From: an uncultured Verrucomicrobiota bacterium
GTDB taxonomy: Bacteria; Verrucomicrobiota; Verrucomicrobiia; Limisphaerales; AAA164-E04
NCBI GenBank assembly: GCA_902560705.1
Contig: CACEMW010000003.1
Coordinates: forward strand, 6,125-70,124
Length of the DNA stretch: 64,000 bases
Direction of reading: 5' to 3'
Shown here: positions 45,743 through 55,200 of the stretch, one piece after another
Layout of the letters: every line of letters begins with the position of its first letter
Position numbering within the stretch: position 1 is the stretch's first letter
Position numbers and translations under genes: made by a program
The notes under the pieces: generated by a model
Databases searched by the model: none
What the model saw: the letters and a program-made list of their open reading frames with translations, nothing else
Told to the model about the DNA's origin: nothing

Positions 45743-46701
45743 GCTTCAGGGTGGGTGTTGCTGTCGGGAGCGATGCGTGGCTGAAGGTGGTTGGGGTGAA
45801 ACACCTCCTGTCGCACTGCCGCACGCTGGTGTTCGAAGATTTCAAAATCCCGCACACTGTGGGGCTCGAAGATGGGGGTAGGCTGATCATACACGATGGA
45901 AGCCCCGGGATGGGCGCTGTGTCCTTCGGCCTTCCAATCCCAATACTGGGACAAGCCGATCAGGCGATCCCCGACATAGATCGCCTCGTTCAGCTCATGG
46001 GTGACGATGATGAGCGTGTAATCGGGTAGCTGTCCTGCTGCCTTGGCTTGCTGGTTTTCTTCATAGAGCTCAAGCAAGGCTTTCTGAAGCTCTTCACGCG
46101 TGGCTTCATCCAGGGCTCCGAACGGCTCATCCAGCAGGATGATTTCGGGCTTCATCACCAGCGCCTGCGCGATGGCCACGCGCTGGCGCATGCCACCCGA
46201 CATTTCATGGGGGTAGAGGTGCATGGCATCCTTGAGCTTGACCCGCTCCAGCATTGCAGCAGCTTCTTCCAGATGCCCCTTGCGACTCCTCTTCCAGTGC
46301 CCCCATCGGAAAAGCCGGTCCGCCAGAGTGGTCTGGTCCAGTTTCAAGCCGATGGCGACATTTTCGAGGGCAGTGAGAAACGGGAAAAGTGAATAGTGCT
46401 GATAGACAATGCCACGATCCCGCCCGGGTCCTTGGACCGGTGAGGGTGGGATGGAGGCTTCCTTGGCGTGGACCTGCACCACGCCTTCGTTGGGTAGATG
46501 GGTACCGACAATCGCACGGAGCAGGGTGGATTTGCCGCATCCGCTGGGGCCTACCAGACTGACAAACTGCCCGCGCTGGATGGTGAGGTGAATGTCATGC
46601 AGCACCCGCTTGGATCCAAACCAATGGGAAAGGGATCGGCATTCCAGAGCGATATGTGGTTGAGAAGCTACAGTCGTCATGGGGGCATCAGTGTTGGGCA
46701 T
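45739..46701 (-). CDS. ABC transporter ATP-binding protein, NitT/TauT (nitrate/sulfonate/bicarbonate) type, with a C-terminal extension
   Basis: Walker A GPSGCGKST, signature MSGGMRQRVAIA, Walker B IILLDEPFGALD, and about 70 extra C-terminal residues. An alternative start at 46680 is possible. Confidence 0.9.
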   Translation of the reverse strand: MPNTDAPMTTVASQPHIALECRSLSHWFGSKRVLHDIHLTIQRGQFVSLVGPSGCGKSTLLRAIVGTHLPNEGVVQVHAKEASIPPSPVQGPGRDRGIVYQHYSLFPFLTALENVAIGLKLDQTTLADRLFRWGHWKRSRKGHLEEAAAMLERVKLKDAMHLYPHEMSGGMRQRVAIAQALVMKPEIILLDEPFGALDEATREELQKALLELYEENQQAKAAGQLPDYTLIIVTHELNEAIYVGDRLIGLSQYWDWKAEGHSAHPGASIVYDQPTPIFEPHSVRDFEIFEHQRAAVRQEVFHPNHLQPRIAPDSNTHPEA

Positions 46702-47491
46702 CGAACCAGGGAGCGATTTTCTTTTGAAGTGCGTTGAGTAGACTGTCCATCAGAAAGCCGAAACCAGCCAGCAAGGCCAGGTAAGGATATACGACCCCCA
46801 TGTTCAGCAACTTGGATTGGATCCGGATTCGGTAGCCAAAGCCGACATCCCCAAAGAGCATTTCAGCCGCAATCAGGTAGACCATCGCCGGCCCGATCAT
46901 CAGTCGAGTGGCCTCCAGTAACTTGGGCAGCACGTAAGGAAAAATGACATTGCACACGACCTCCATGTGCGAGGCTCCCAGAGTGTAGGCCTTGTATTGC
47001 AGCTCATCGGGAAAGGCCTTGACCGATTGATAGACGGTGATGGCCATGCTGGGCAGGATACCAAAGACAATCATGGTGAAGTACATTTTCATCCCCAAGC
47101 CCACCAGGGCCATGAACACGGCAATGACGGCGGTTGCCGGTACTTTTGCCAGAAAGGAAAGAGGAGGGGCCAAAAAGGCCTCCACCGACTGGGAACAACC
47201 CATGGCAATCCCAAGGACGCATGAGCCGACTACTGCCAACCCCAGACCGGCAAACAGGCGGGTAAGGGTGGCCCTAGCATCATCGGTGAGCCAGCGATCC
47301 TCCAACCGTTCATTCCACTGAATGGACCGCTGAACCCCTTCGCTGAGCTGCGACCAGTTGGGGATGGTGGTATCCTTGGGGTTTTTCTGGTGCTGGCGGT
47401 AGGAGAGCCAGCTGTAGCCGGCCAACATCAATGCGACTGACAAGAGCCCCAGAATGATTCGGGTGGTAGAAGCAATCGGTCGACGAATCAT
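46688..47491 (-). CDS. ABC transporter permease, NitT/TauT type
   Basis: 267 aa with six predicted TM helices and a binding-protein-dependent transport inner-membrane component layout. It overlaps the downstream ATPase gene. Confidence 0.8.
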   Translation of the reverse strand: MIRRPIASTTRIILGLLSVALMLAGYSWLSYRQHQKNPKDTTIPNWSQLSEGVQRSIQWNERLEDRWLTDDARATLTRLFAGLGLAVVGSCVLGIAMGCSQSVEAFLAPPLSFLAKVPATAVIAVFMALVGLGMKMYFTMIVFGILPSMAITVYQSVKAFPDELQYKAYTLGASHMEVVCNVIFPYVLPKLLEATRLMIGPAMVYLIAAEMLFGDVGFGYRIRIQSKLLNMGVVYPYLALLAGFGFLMDSLLNALQKKIAPWFDAQH

Positions 47492-47731
47492 GGAGGCTTT
47501 TTAACCGCAGGCCCCAAACGTTGGCCATGATAAAAAAGCACTCATTTTCTCATGGTCCAGACAAGATGGCTTGAAAGGGTCCTTTTCCGAGGGTCGCAGC
47601 CGATGGATTGCAAAGGACTTTTTTTCAACAGATAGTCGGTGACCAAAAGCTACATTGTGGGCCCCACGAGGGGTGCTCCACTCCCCATATAGGAAGGTTT
47701 CCTTCTTGATGCCGTTGCAGGCTGAGGCAGC

Positions 47732-48934
47732 ATGGAGGGCATGCATTCATCCAAGAGCCTGCCTCGATCCCGGCGTCGCTTTCTCTCTGCATGTGGGAGG
47801 GTGGCTGGGACTGCTGCTTTCATGCATGCCTTGCCTGCCATGCCGGCCCTTCGGCTGCGGGCGGCGGCGCCTGTCATTCGGGTGCACGAGCTTCGCACCA
47901 TCAGTCACGCCCCAGATCGTTATCATGGGTGGCCGACCCTGTCGCGCTCTCAACAAGGAGATCTGCTGCTGGCCTGGTCGGGAGGGCGCGAAGATCATGT
48001 CTGCCCTTTTGGTCAGGTGCAGTTCATGCGCTCTTCTGACGGAGGGGAGACCTGGTGTTGGCCTCGAGTGATCCTGGACAGCGGTCTGGATGACCGCGAT
48101 GCCGGTATTCTGGAGACGCCCTCGGGGACTTTGCTCGCAACCACCTTCACTTCTATGGCCTACCAGCCCATTCTGGAACGTGCGCGAAAGGAGGGGCGCT
48201 GGGATCCGTCTCGCCTCCAGCGCTGGGAGGCGGCGCATGCACGCCTCGATGCCGCATCTCGGCAAAGCCAGCTGGGGCAGTGGATCCTGCGTTCGGAGGA
48301 TGGTGGGCTCAACTGGTCGGCCAAGACGCCTTCAGTCGTCAATAGCCCCCACGGCCCCATCGCGCTGTCCAATGGACGGTTGCTCTATGCCGGCAAGGAG
48401 CTTTGGACAGGTCAGCGACGGATCGGAGTGGCGTTTTCTGAGGATGATGGACGCAGCTGGCAATGGGCAGCCGAGATCCCTGCTCGCGAGGGAGACGATC
48501 CCGCCGAGTATCATGAATTGCATGCCGTTGAGATGCCCGACCGCAGGGTGGTGGTGCACATCCGCAATCACAACCCGCTTCATGCGGGAGAGACCCTTCA
48601 ATGCGAATCGACCGATGGGGGGCTGAGCTGGACCAAGCCACGATCGGTGGGTGTCTGGGGGCTGCCCTCTCATCTGCTTCGCCTGGCCGATGGCCGTGCC
48701 CTGATGACTTATGGGCATCGAAGGCTCCCTTTCGGCAATCAGGCTCGGCTCAGTGAGGATGGGCGATCTTGGTCGGCACCGATGAGTCTTTCCACCGATG
48801 GGGCCTCGGGCGACCTGGGCTATCCCAGCACCGCGCAGCTGATCGATGGTTCGCTGGTCAGTGTGTGGTACGAACGGCTGGCGAATCGTCCCAAGGCGGT
48901 GCTGCGCCAGGCTCGGTGGTCGCTGGAGTCCTGA
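47732..48934 (+). CDS. Tat-signal BNR/Asp-box beta-propeller hydrolase (sialidase-like)
   Basis: SRRRFLSACGRVAGTAAFMHA twin-arginine signal. Asp-boxes SSDGGETWCW, SEDGGLNWS, SEDDGRSWQW, STDGGLSWTK and SEDGRSWS. Confidence 0.7.
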   Translation: MEGMHSSKSLPRSRRRFLSACGRVAGTAAFMHALPAMPALRLRAAAPVIRVHELRTISHAPDRYHGWPTLSRSQQGDLLLAWSGGREDHVCPFGQVQFMRSSDGGETWCWPRVILDSGLDDRDAGILETPSGTLLATTFTSMAYQPILERARKEGRWDPSRLQRWEAAHARLDAASRQSQLGQWILRSEDGGLNWSAKTPSVVNSPHGPIALSNGRLLYAGKELWTGQRRIGVAFSEDDGRSWQWAAEIPAREGDDPAEYHELHAVEMPDRRVVVHIRNHNPLHAGETLQCESTDGGLSWTKPRSVGVWGLPSHLLRLADGRALMTYGHRRLPFGNQARLSEDGRSWSAPMSLSTDGASGDLGYPSTAQLIDGSLVSVWYERLANRPKAVLRQARWSLES

Positions 48935-49092
48935 TTGCGGTAAAAGGTCGGCATGGTCTCGGGTTGGCTCGGGGTTGTCGAGGTTCCAGGCCTGCGCGAG
49001 ATCTTGTTTGCCCTTCATGGAGATTTCGCGAAGGATTCCTCTTGCCTGGATTTGCCCTCCTCGGGTATGCATGGCAGGCTTTTATAATAAAC

Positions 49093-50268
49093 ATGAAGGT
49101 TAAGATTTCTCAGCGCGCCGCTTCTCTGGCGCCTTCCCTGACCCTGGCCATCAGTGCCAAGGCCAAGCAATTAAGGGCAGCCGGGCAGGATGTCATCGGC
49201 TTTGGAGCCGGTGAACCTGATTTTGATACCCCCCAACCTATCAAGGATGCGGCCATCGCCGCTCTCCAGGACGGGTTCACCAAATACACTCCAGCCAGCG
49301 GTATCCCCGAACTCAAGGAAGCCATCGTTGAGAAATTCCAGCGCGACAACGGCCTGAACTACAGCAGCTCCGAAATCATCGTCAGCTGTGGGGGCAAGCA
49401 TGCCTGCTACAACATCATGATGGCCCTTTGCGACGCGGGCGATGAGGTGATCATCCCGGCGCCCTACTGGTTGAGCTACCCGGAGATGGTTAAACTGGCA
49501 GGGGGCAACCCGGTCATCCTGGAGACCACCGATGCCACCCAGTTCAAGGCAACCCCCGATCAGCTGGAAGCGGCCATCACTGACAAGACCCGCCTCTTCA
49601 TTCTCAATTCACCCAGCAACCCTACGGGCACCGTCTACAGCCCTGAGGAAATCAAGGCACTGGGGGATGTCTGTGTCTCCAGGGGTATCCTGATTCTCAG
49701 CGACGAAATCTACGAGCACCTGGTCTATGGGAACGCGGTGCACCGCAGCGTGGCCTCTTTCTCCCCTGAGCACCAAGAATACACCATACTCACTCATGGC
49801 CTGGCCAAGGCGTGGTCGATGACTGGCTGGCGCCTGGGCTTCATGGCGGCCCCCGAACCGATTGCCAAGGCCATCAATGCCATTCAGAGTCACAGCACCA
49901 GCAACCCGACTTCCTTTGCGCAGAAAGGTGGAGTGGAGGCGCTGAGAGGGTCTCAGGACCACCTCAAGAGCTGGTTGCCTGAATTCGATCGTCGCCGTCG
50001 TTTTTCTCATGAGCAGCTTGCGTCCATGCCGGGCGTGAGTTGCGTCAACGCCCAAGGTGCCTTCTACCTGTTTCCCAACATCTCGGCCACTGGACTGAGC
50101 TCGTCGGTCTTCTGTGAGCGTCTTCTCGAGGAGGCTCAGGTGGCCGCGGTGCCAGGCATTGCTTTTGGCTCCGATGCCTATCTGCGCATCAGCTATGCCA
50201 CCAGCATGGAAAACCTGGAAAAGGGTATGGAGCGCATGGCGCGATTCGTTTCCTCATTGCAGGGTTGA
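49093..50268 (+). CDS. Class I pyridoxal-phosphate aminotransferase (aspartate aminotransferase-like)
   Basis: GFGAGEPDFDTP, NSPSNPTG and GLAKAWSMTGWRLGF (PLP lysine). The true start is MKVKISQRA at 49093, so the ORF-track start at 48769 is an upstream over-extension. Confidence 0.9.
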   Translation: MKVKISQRAASLAPSLTLAISAKAKQLRAAGQDVIGFGAGEPDFDTPQPIKDAAIAALQDGFTKYTPASGIPELKEAIVEKFQRDNGLNYSSSEIIVSCGGKHACYNIMMALCDAGDEVIIPAPYWLSYPEMVKLAGGNPVILETTDATQFKATPDQLEAAITDKTRLFILNSPSNPTGTVYSPEEIKALGDVCVSRGILILSDEIYEHLVYGNAVHRSVASFSPEHQEYTILTHGLAKAWSMTGWRLGFMAAPEPIAKAINAIQSHSTSNPTSFAQKGGVEALRGSQDHLKSWLPEFDRRRRFSHEQLASMPGVSCVNAQGAFYLFPNISATGLSSSVFCERLLEEAQVAAVPGIAFGSDAYLRISYATSMENLEKGMERMARFVSSLQG

Positions 50269-50297
50269 GTCGGTATGGATCATGCTGTGGTTCTGAC

Positions 50298-51044
50298 ATG
50301 GAAGCACCGCGTCGATCCTTTGTTCGAACGCTCCTGCTAAGCACTGCCTGGATGAGCGGTGTCTCGGGTATGAAGCGACTTCACCTTTCCGCAGAACTGA
50401 TCCCTTCGGCAGAGGGCAACGAAGGTTTGTTGTCCGTTCAACCCAGTGATTACCCAGCCCTGAGCCAGAGCGGTGGATCCATCCGGTTGGGCTTCAATCC
50501 CATTCGATCCAACCACCAACCCGATGGGACGCTTCAACCTTTGTTAATAAATCGCTTGGAGGATGGAAACCTTAAGGCGATGAGCGCGGAGTGCCCTCAT
50601 GGTTCCTGTGCGGTGCGTACCTTCAGCACGGGCAGTCAGTCTCATGTCTGCCCCTGTCATGCTTCACGATTTCGACTGGATGGTTCGCGCATCAGTGGCC
50701 CCGCGCCATTCGGTCTGGAAACCTATCCTTCCGAAGAACAGCCCGATGGGAGCCTGCACGTCCTGGTGCCGCGTCTGCGTTTCAGCTTGTCCACGCAAGT
50801 CGTGGATCTGGGCCAGAGCCAGCGCCTTCGCTTGACCTTCGCAGCACGGCGCAAGGTGTCCTATGAGGTGGTGCGTCGACGACAAATCAACGAACCCTGG
50901 GAGCGCGTGACTTTCGCCGGGAGCGAGCAGGGAGCGCTCTCGCAGACAGAGCTCGACGGAGAGGGGCTTCTGGCCTCGGTGTATGTCGAGGTACCCGATC
51001 ATCAGGGGCTGTTTGCCGTCCGCATCCTCCCCAAAGAATATTGA
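50298..51044 (+). CDS. Tat-signal Rieske [2Fe-2S] domain protein with an unassigned C-terminal domain
   Basis: RRSFVRTLLLSTAWMSGVSG. Rieske ligands CPHGSC...x...CPCHASRF (CxH-x17-CxxH). Confidence 0.75.
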   Translation: MEAPRRSFVRTLLLSTAWMSGVSGMKRLHLSAELIPSAEGNEGLLSVQPSDYPALSQSGGSIRLGFNPIRSNHQPDGTLQPLLINRLEDGNLKAMSAECPHGSCAVRTFSTGSQSHVCPCHASRFRLDGSRISGPAPFGLETYPSEEQPDGSLHVLVPRLRFSLSTQVVDLGQSQRLRLTFAARRKVSYEVVRRRQINEPWERVTFAGSEQGALSQTELDGEGLLASVYVEVPDHQGLFAVRILPKEY

Positions 51045-51199
51045 TTGTCTTACATCAATACAGACGCAGAGGAGGGGCGGTGGGCTCCTCTATGGTCTCG
51101 GGAAATTGCCATACAAAGGAGCCTTCCCGGTCGGTGAAGTAAAGCAGGGAAGGGGAGAGCCTGTCGGGATTCCCATCGGCCTAGGTGCCGTGGGGGCGA

Positions 51200-52216
51200 T
51201 CAGGCGCCAGGGTTGTCTCTTTTCGACAACGAGGCTTCCCATGTCCTAGTCGTGCCAGGCAGGTGCAATGTCCTCCATGGCCCAGGCACCGTCTCTCCAA
51301 TGAGCCACTCGCCAGGAGCGAGGGCGTCGGTGCGGACCGGATGGCTGAAATCGGATAGCGGAGGGGTGATCTCATGACCGGTGATGGTGTGCCAGCTTTC
51401 GCCCAGATTGCGGGTTTCTAGATAATAGAGATTCGTGCGAAGATCCACGTTGCCATCCGGGTGCGCGTTGAAGGCGGTGAGGACGCGATCACCGATGCTG
51501 CGACTGATCTGGTAATGCCCTACCATGCCAGCGAGTTTTCGGGGAGGTGTCCAGTCTCGGCCGGTCGAACTGTGGCTACAGTAAAGTTCCCGAACCCGGG
51601 TGTATTGGGTAAAGAGATGCAGGCACCCGGCTTCTCCCAGCCACCACGGTTGGGGATACGTGAACTCTACCTCTATCACCTGCTCAAAAGCGGTGTGATC
51701 GTAGGGTTCTCGGCTACGGTAGACAAACCCGGGTCTTTGCCTGCTTCGCCTACTGACAAACACCCAGAGATGCCCTTAGGGATCCATGGCCAGGGAAGGA
51801 TTGTCATGAGGATCATCCACGGTTTGTTTGTCGTGCACGACATGTGGCTGGTGGATTTTGCCCGTGTAGTGATCGTACACACCGATCATGGCCAGCAGAT
51901 GGCGCTGCCCTGCCTCGGGTGTGCCTCCATAAACAAAAAAGGTGTGATTCACCGCCTTGGCATGGATGGCCAGTGGGCAGTGCTTGGCGGTGTAGGTGCC
52001 CAGCCCTCCCGAATACTTGGAACCATGGGCGGAGCGCTGGCCCAGATCGAACCAGATGCCACGGTAGCCGGGAATGTTTCTGCCAGACCAGGATTTGGCT
52101 GCCTGCAGAGCCCCCGGATTCAGCAAGACAGCAAGTAGGGTTAAACACCCGAGGAGAGAGGAGCTGGAGTGCCTTTCGGGGAACAAGCCACGCATGCAGA
52201 GCACAGTAGACTTCAT
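51200..52216 (-). pseudogene. Secreted beta-propeller-type protein (resembles the BNR_4 family) interrupted by an in-frame TAA
   Basis: ORFs 51776-52216 and 51200-51763 are in the same frame. The junction reads ...DDPHDNPSLAMDP-TAA-GHLWVFVSRRSRQRPGF. The second ORF's listed start is merely a GTG inside this run. The 3' end also looks degraded. Confidence 0.55.
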
Positions 52217-52285
52217 CCTGCGAGAAGGACATCTTTTTGGGGAACCTTCTAATAAATCACGACTCCCGGCGTCTTAACTGTTACC

Positions 52286-55200
52286 ATGACCGACATGATA
52301 CGCCTGTGGATGGGTTCCTGCTTGATCGTCACTCAATGCCTGCTGGGAGCAGTCACTCCTTGGGTAGAAGGACTGCCCGCCCTCACGGAGGCCGAAGTCC
52401 TTTTTGCCCGAGGTGCCTACCAGCGCTCCCTGGAAGCCTATCAGGGCATCGATGTGAAGGATGAGGCCCTGACGGCCCAACAACAGCGATGGATTCTTTT
52501 TCGTCGATTGGACAGCCAGTGGCGTTCCTTCAGTGCCACTCAACAACCCGATCAAGGGCCTTTGATGAAGGTGGGACGGTCGTTGCAGCGCATGGTGGAC
52601 GATCGCGACGCTTCTCAGGGCGTCGATGCCATGGAGGCCGCCTTGTTGGAATCTCTGGGAGACTTCTGGTGGACTTCCCGCAATCGCCGTCAATGGAATC
52701 AGGCCTGGTCGGCTTATCAGCGTGCCTTGGATTTCTGGGCTGGTTCGTCGGAGTTGGAGGTCGCTAGGGATCGCTTTCTGAACATTCTTTGGAAAGCTTC
52801 GGCGGTGCCGCAGGCGAGGCCCTATGAAATGTATGGCAGTGCCGGAAACTATCTTCCGGTGGATGTCCTTGAGCAGGCCACCCGCATTACCCAAACTCCG
52901 GAGGATCGTTCGCACGCCTACTATCTTCTGGCTCGGTCTCTTCAACAGCGCTGGGGGGTGCAGGCACGCTCTTACGAACGCATCCTGCGAGCCTTCGAGA
53001 GGGCAACCGATAACTCGATCAAGCATGCATGGTTGGATGATGCCTTGGCTCAGCAGGCCCAGTGGCTGGGATCGCAGGGTCGGGCCGAGCAGCGAGACGA
53101 TGGACAGTGGTCCTTCCTGCCTGATTACCCGGCCGCGCTCAAGGTGTGGCGTCGGCTGCTTGATCTCTATGACAAGGAGGAAACACGCTATCATGCAAGC
53201 GCCACTCGGAGCGTGGAGGAGATTCTCAAGGTGCGAGCCGACCTGGCGGTGGATCACGCGTTCAAGCCTGATTCCAGAATTCGACTGCGCGTTCGCTGGC
53301 GCAACATCGAGTCCTTCCAGCTCAAGATTTATGCCATGGACCTGGTCCAAGACCTGGCTTTGACCGACAAGGGCCAGTTGGGTTCCTACCAGTGGATACG
53401 CTCGGTTGAGACGCCCAGCCAGGAGCCACTCTTTCAAGAAGCGGTGGAGACGGAGGATCTGGGACGACACGATCCCGGGCATAAGGAATGGGTGCTCAAG
53501 GAATCCTTGCCCGAGGGGGCCTATCTGGCCATCGCTTCGAGTGGCGGGAAAGAGCTGAGCCGCGAATGGATTCTGGTCAGCAATCTGATGGTGACCGCCA
53601 GAGCCTCCTCTAACCGCATGTTGGTGTGGGTCTGCGATGCGCGCGATGGCCGACCGATCCCTCACGCCACGGTGCGGCTGTGGCAGCAGACCCGACGAGG
53701 CCGCGAGCAGCAATGGATTTCGTTTGATCGCCAAAGCGATGCCGAGGGTCTGGTGGTGATGGAATCCGAACGGGCCGATGGCTCATCCTGGCTGATCACC
53801 GTGTCCAAGGATGACGGACAGAACCTGACCATGCTCCACCATCCGGGGAACCGTCGTGGCCAGCAAGATCCGTGGAAGGTATATGCCTTCTCCGATCGTC
53901 CGGCCTATCGCCCGGAGGAAACGGTGTATTGGAAGGCCATCGTGCGCCAGCGAGACGAAAGTGGTTACATCACCCCTGCTCAGGCTGATCTCAAATGCCG
54001 TATTGTGGACCCGCTCGGGGCCACGGTGTTCGAGTCACAAGTCACTCTCAATGCCTTCGGTTCGCTGCATGGGCAGTGGGAAATTGCCAGTGATACCCCT
54101 CTGGGGATGTATCGACTTGAACTGAAGGATAAGGATGATCAATGGGTTGCCAACCATACCCTTTTCCGTGTTGAGGAGTACAAGCTTCCCGAGATGAAGC
54201 TCTCCCTTGACTGGCCCGACCTGGAGGAGGGTCAGACACCCGAAGTGCCGCGTCCGGGAGATTCTGTAAGTCTGGATCTCCAGGCTTCCTACTATTTTGG
54301 TGGCCCCGTGATCGATGCTCAGGTGCAGGTCAGGGTGTATCGTCGGCCCTACCAGATGATTTCCCCAATGCCCCGCCCCTATCCATGGATGAAGGTGGCC
54401 GATGCTCAGGGGCGCATGATGCCTGGTCGGCAGCCCGAGAGCCTGGACAAGGAATGGTCGGTCAAGACCGATGCCCAAGGGCGAGCCCTCATCACCTTTG
54501 ATTCCAGCGATGATCTGTCGAAGGACATGAGTTATCGCGTCGAAGTGCGCGTGAGCGATGCTTCTCGTCGAGAGGTTGTGGCTCAAAAGGAAGTGCGGGT
54601 TTCACGACAGGGACACTTTGCCCACATCGTCGGGGATCATCGCGTGATCGAGCCTTCTCAGAAGGTGGTGTTCGACATCCGCATTCAAGATATTCAGGAG
54701 CGACCCCTTTCTCGTGAAGGGCAGATCAAGGTCCTTCGCAAGCAATGGCGTGAAATCTGGATCTCCCCCGAAGGTTTGGAAGTCGAGCGTCCGGGCCTGG
54801 GTGCGGATGCGGGCCAGTGGAAGGACTTCCCTCCGCAGCCCGAACGCCCCGACCAGCGTCCCTGGCAATTCAAGGAACGTGGTTATGAGAGCGAGGTGGT
54901 GAGTGATCAAGTGCTCAGCAGTGATGCTTCGGGAAAAGCCATCTTTGTCTTCACCCCCACCGAACGGGGTTACTACACCTTGTTGTGGACAAGTCAGGAT
55001 CAGCGACCCGGAGCCCCCCCCGGACCGGGTGCCGAAGTGCGTGCGGAATGTGACCTGTGGGTGGGTAGGCCTGAGGATCAGGACTTGGGTTATCACTCTC
55101 AAGGATTGGAAATCATTCTCGACAAGGAGACCTTTCAGGTGGGGCAGACCGCGCCTGTGTTATTGAGTGTCCCGACGAGTGATCGTTGGGTGCTCTTGAC

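Noticed and set aside
48769-49092. 108-codon N-terminal extension of the aminotransferase ORF overlapping the preceding gene
   Set aside because: The extension overlaps the 3' end of the BNR gene and has an Arg/Gly-rich, non-protein-like composition. Homologous aminotransferases begin at the MKVKISQRA-type N-terminus, which corresponds to the ATG at 49093.
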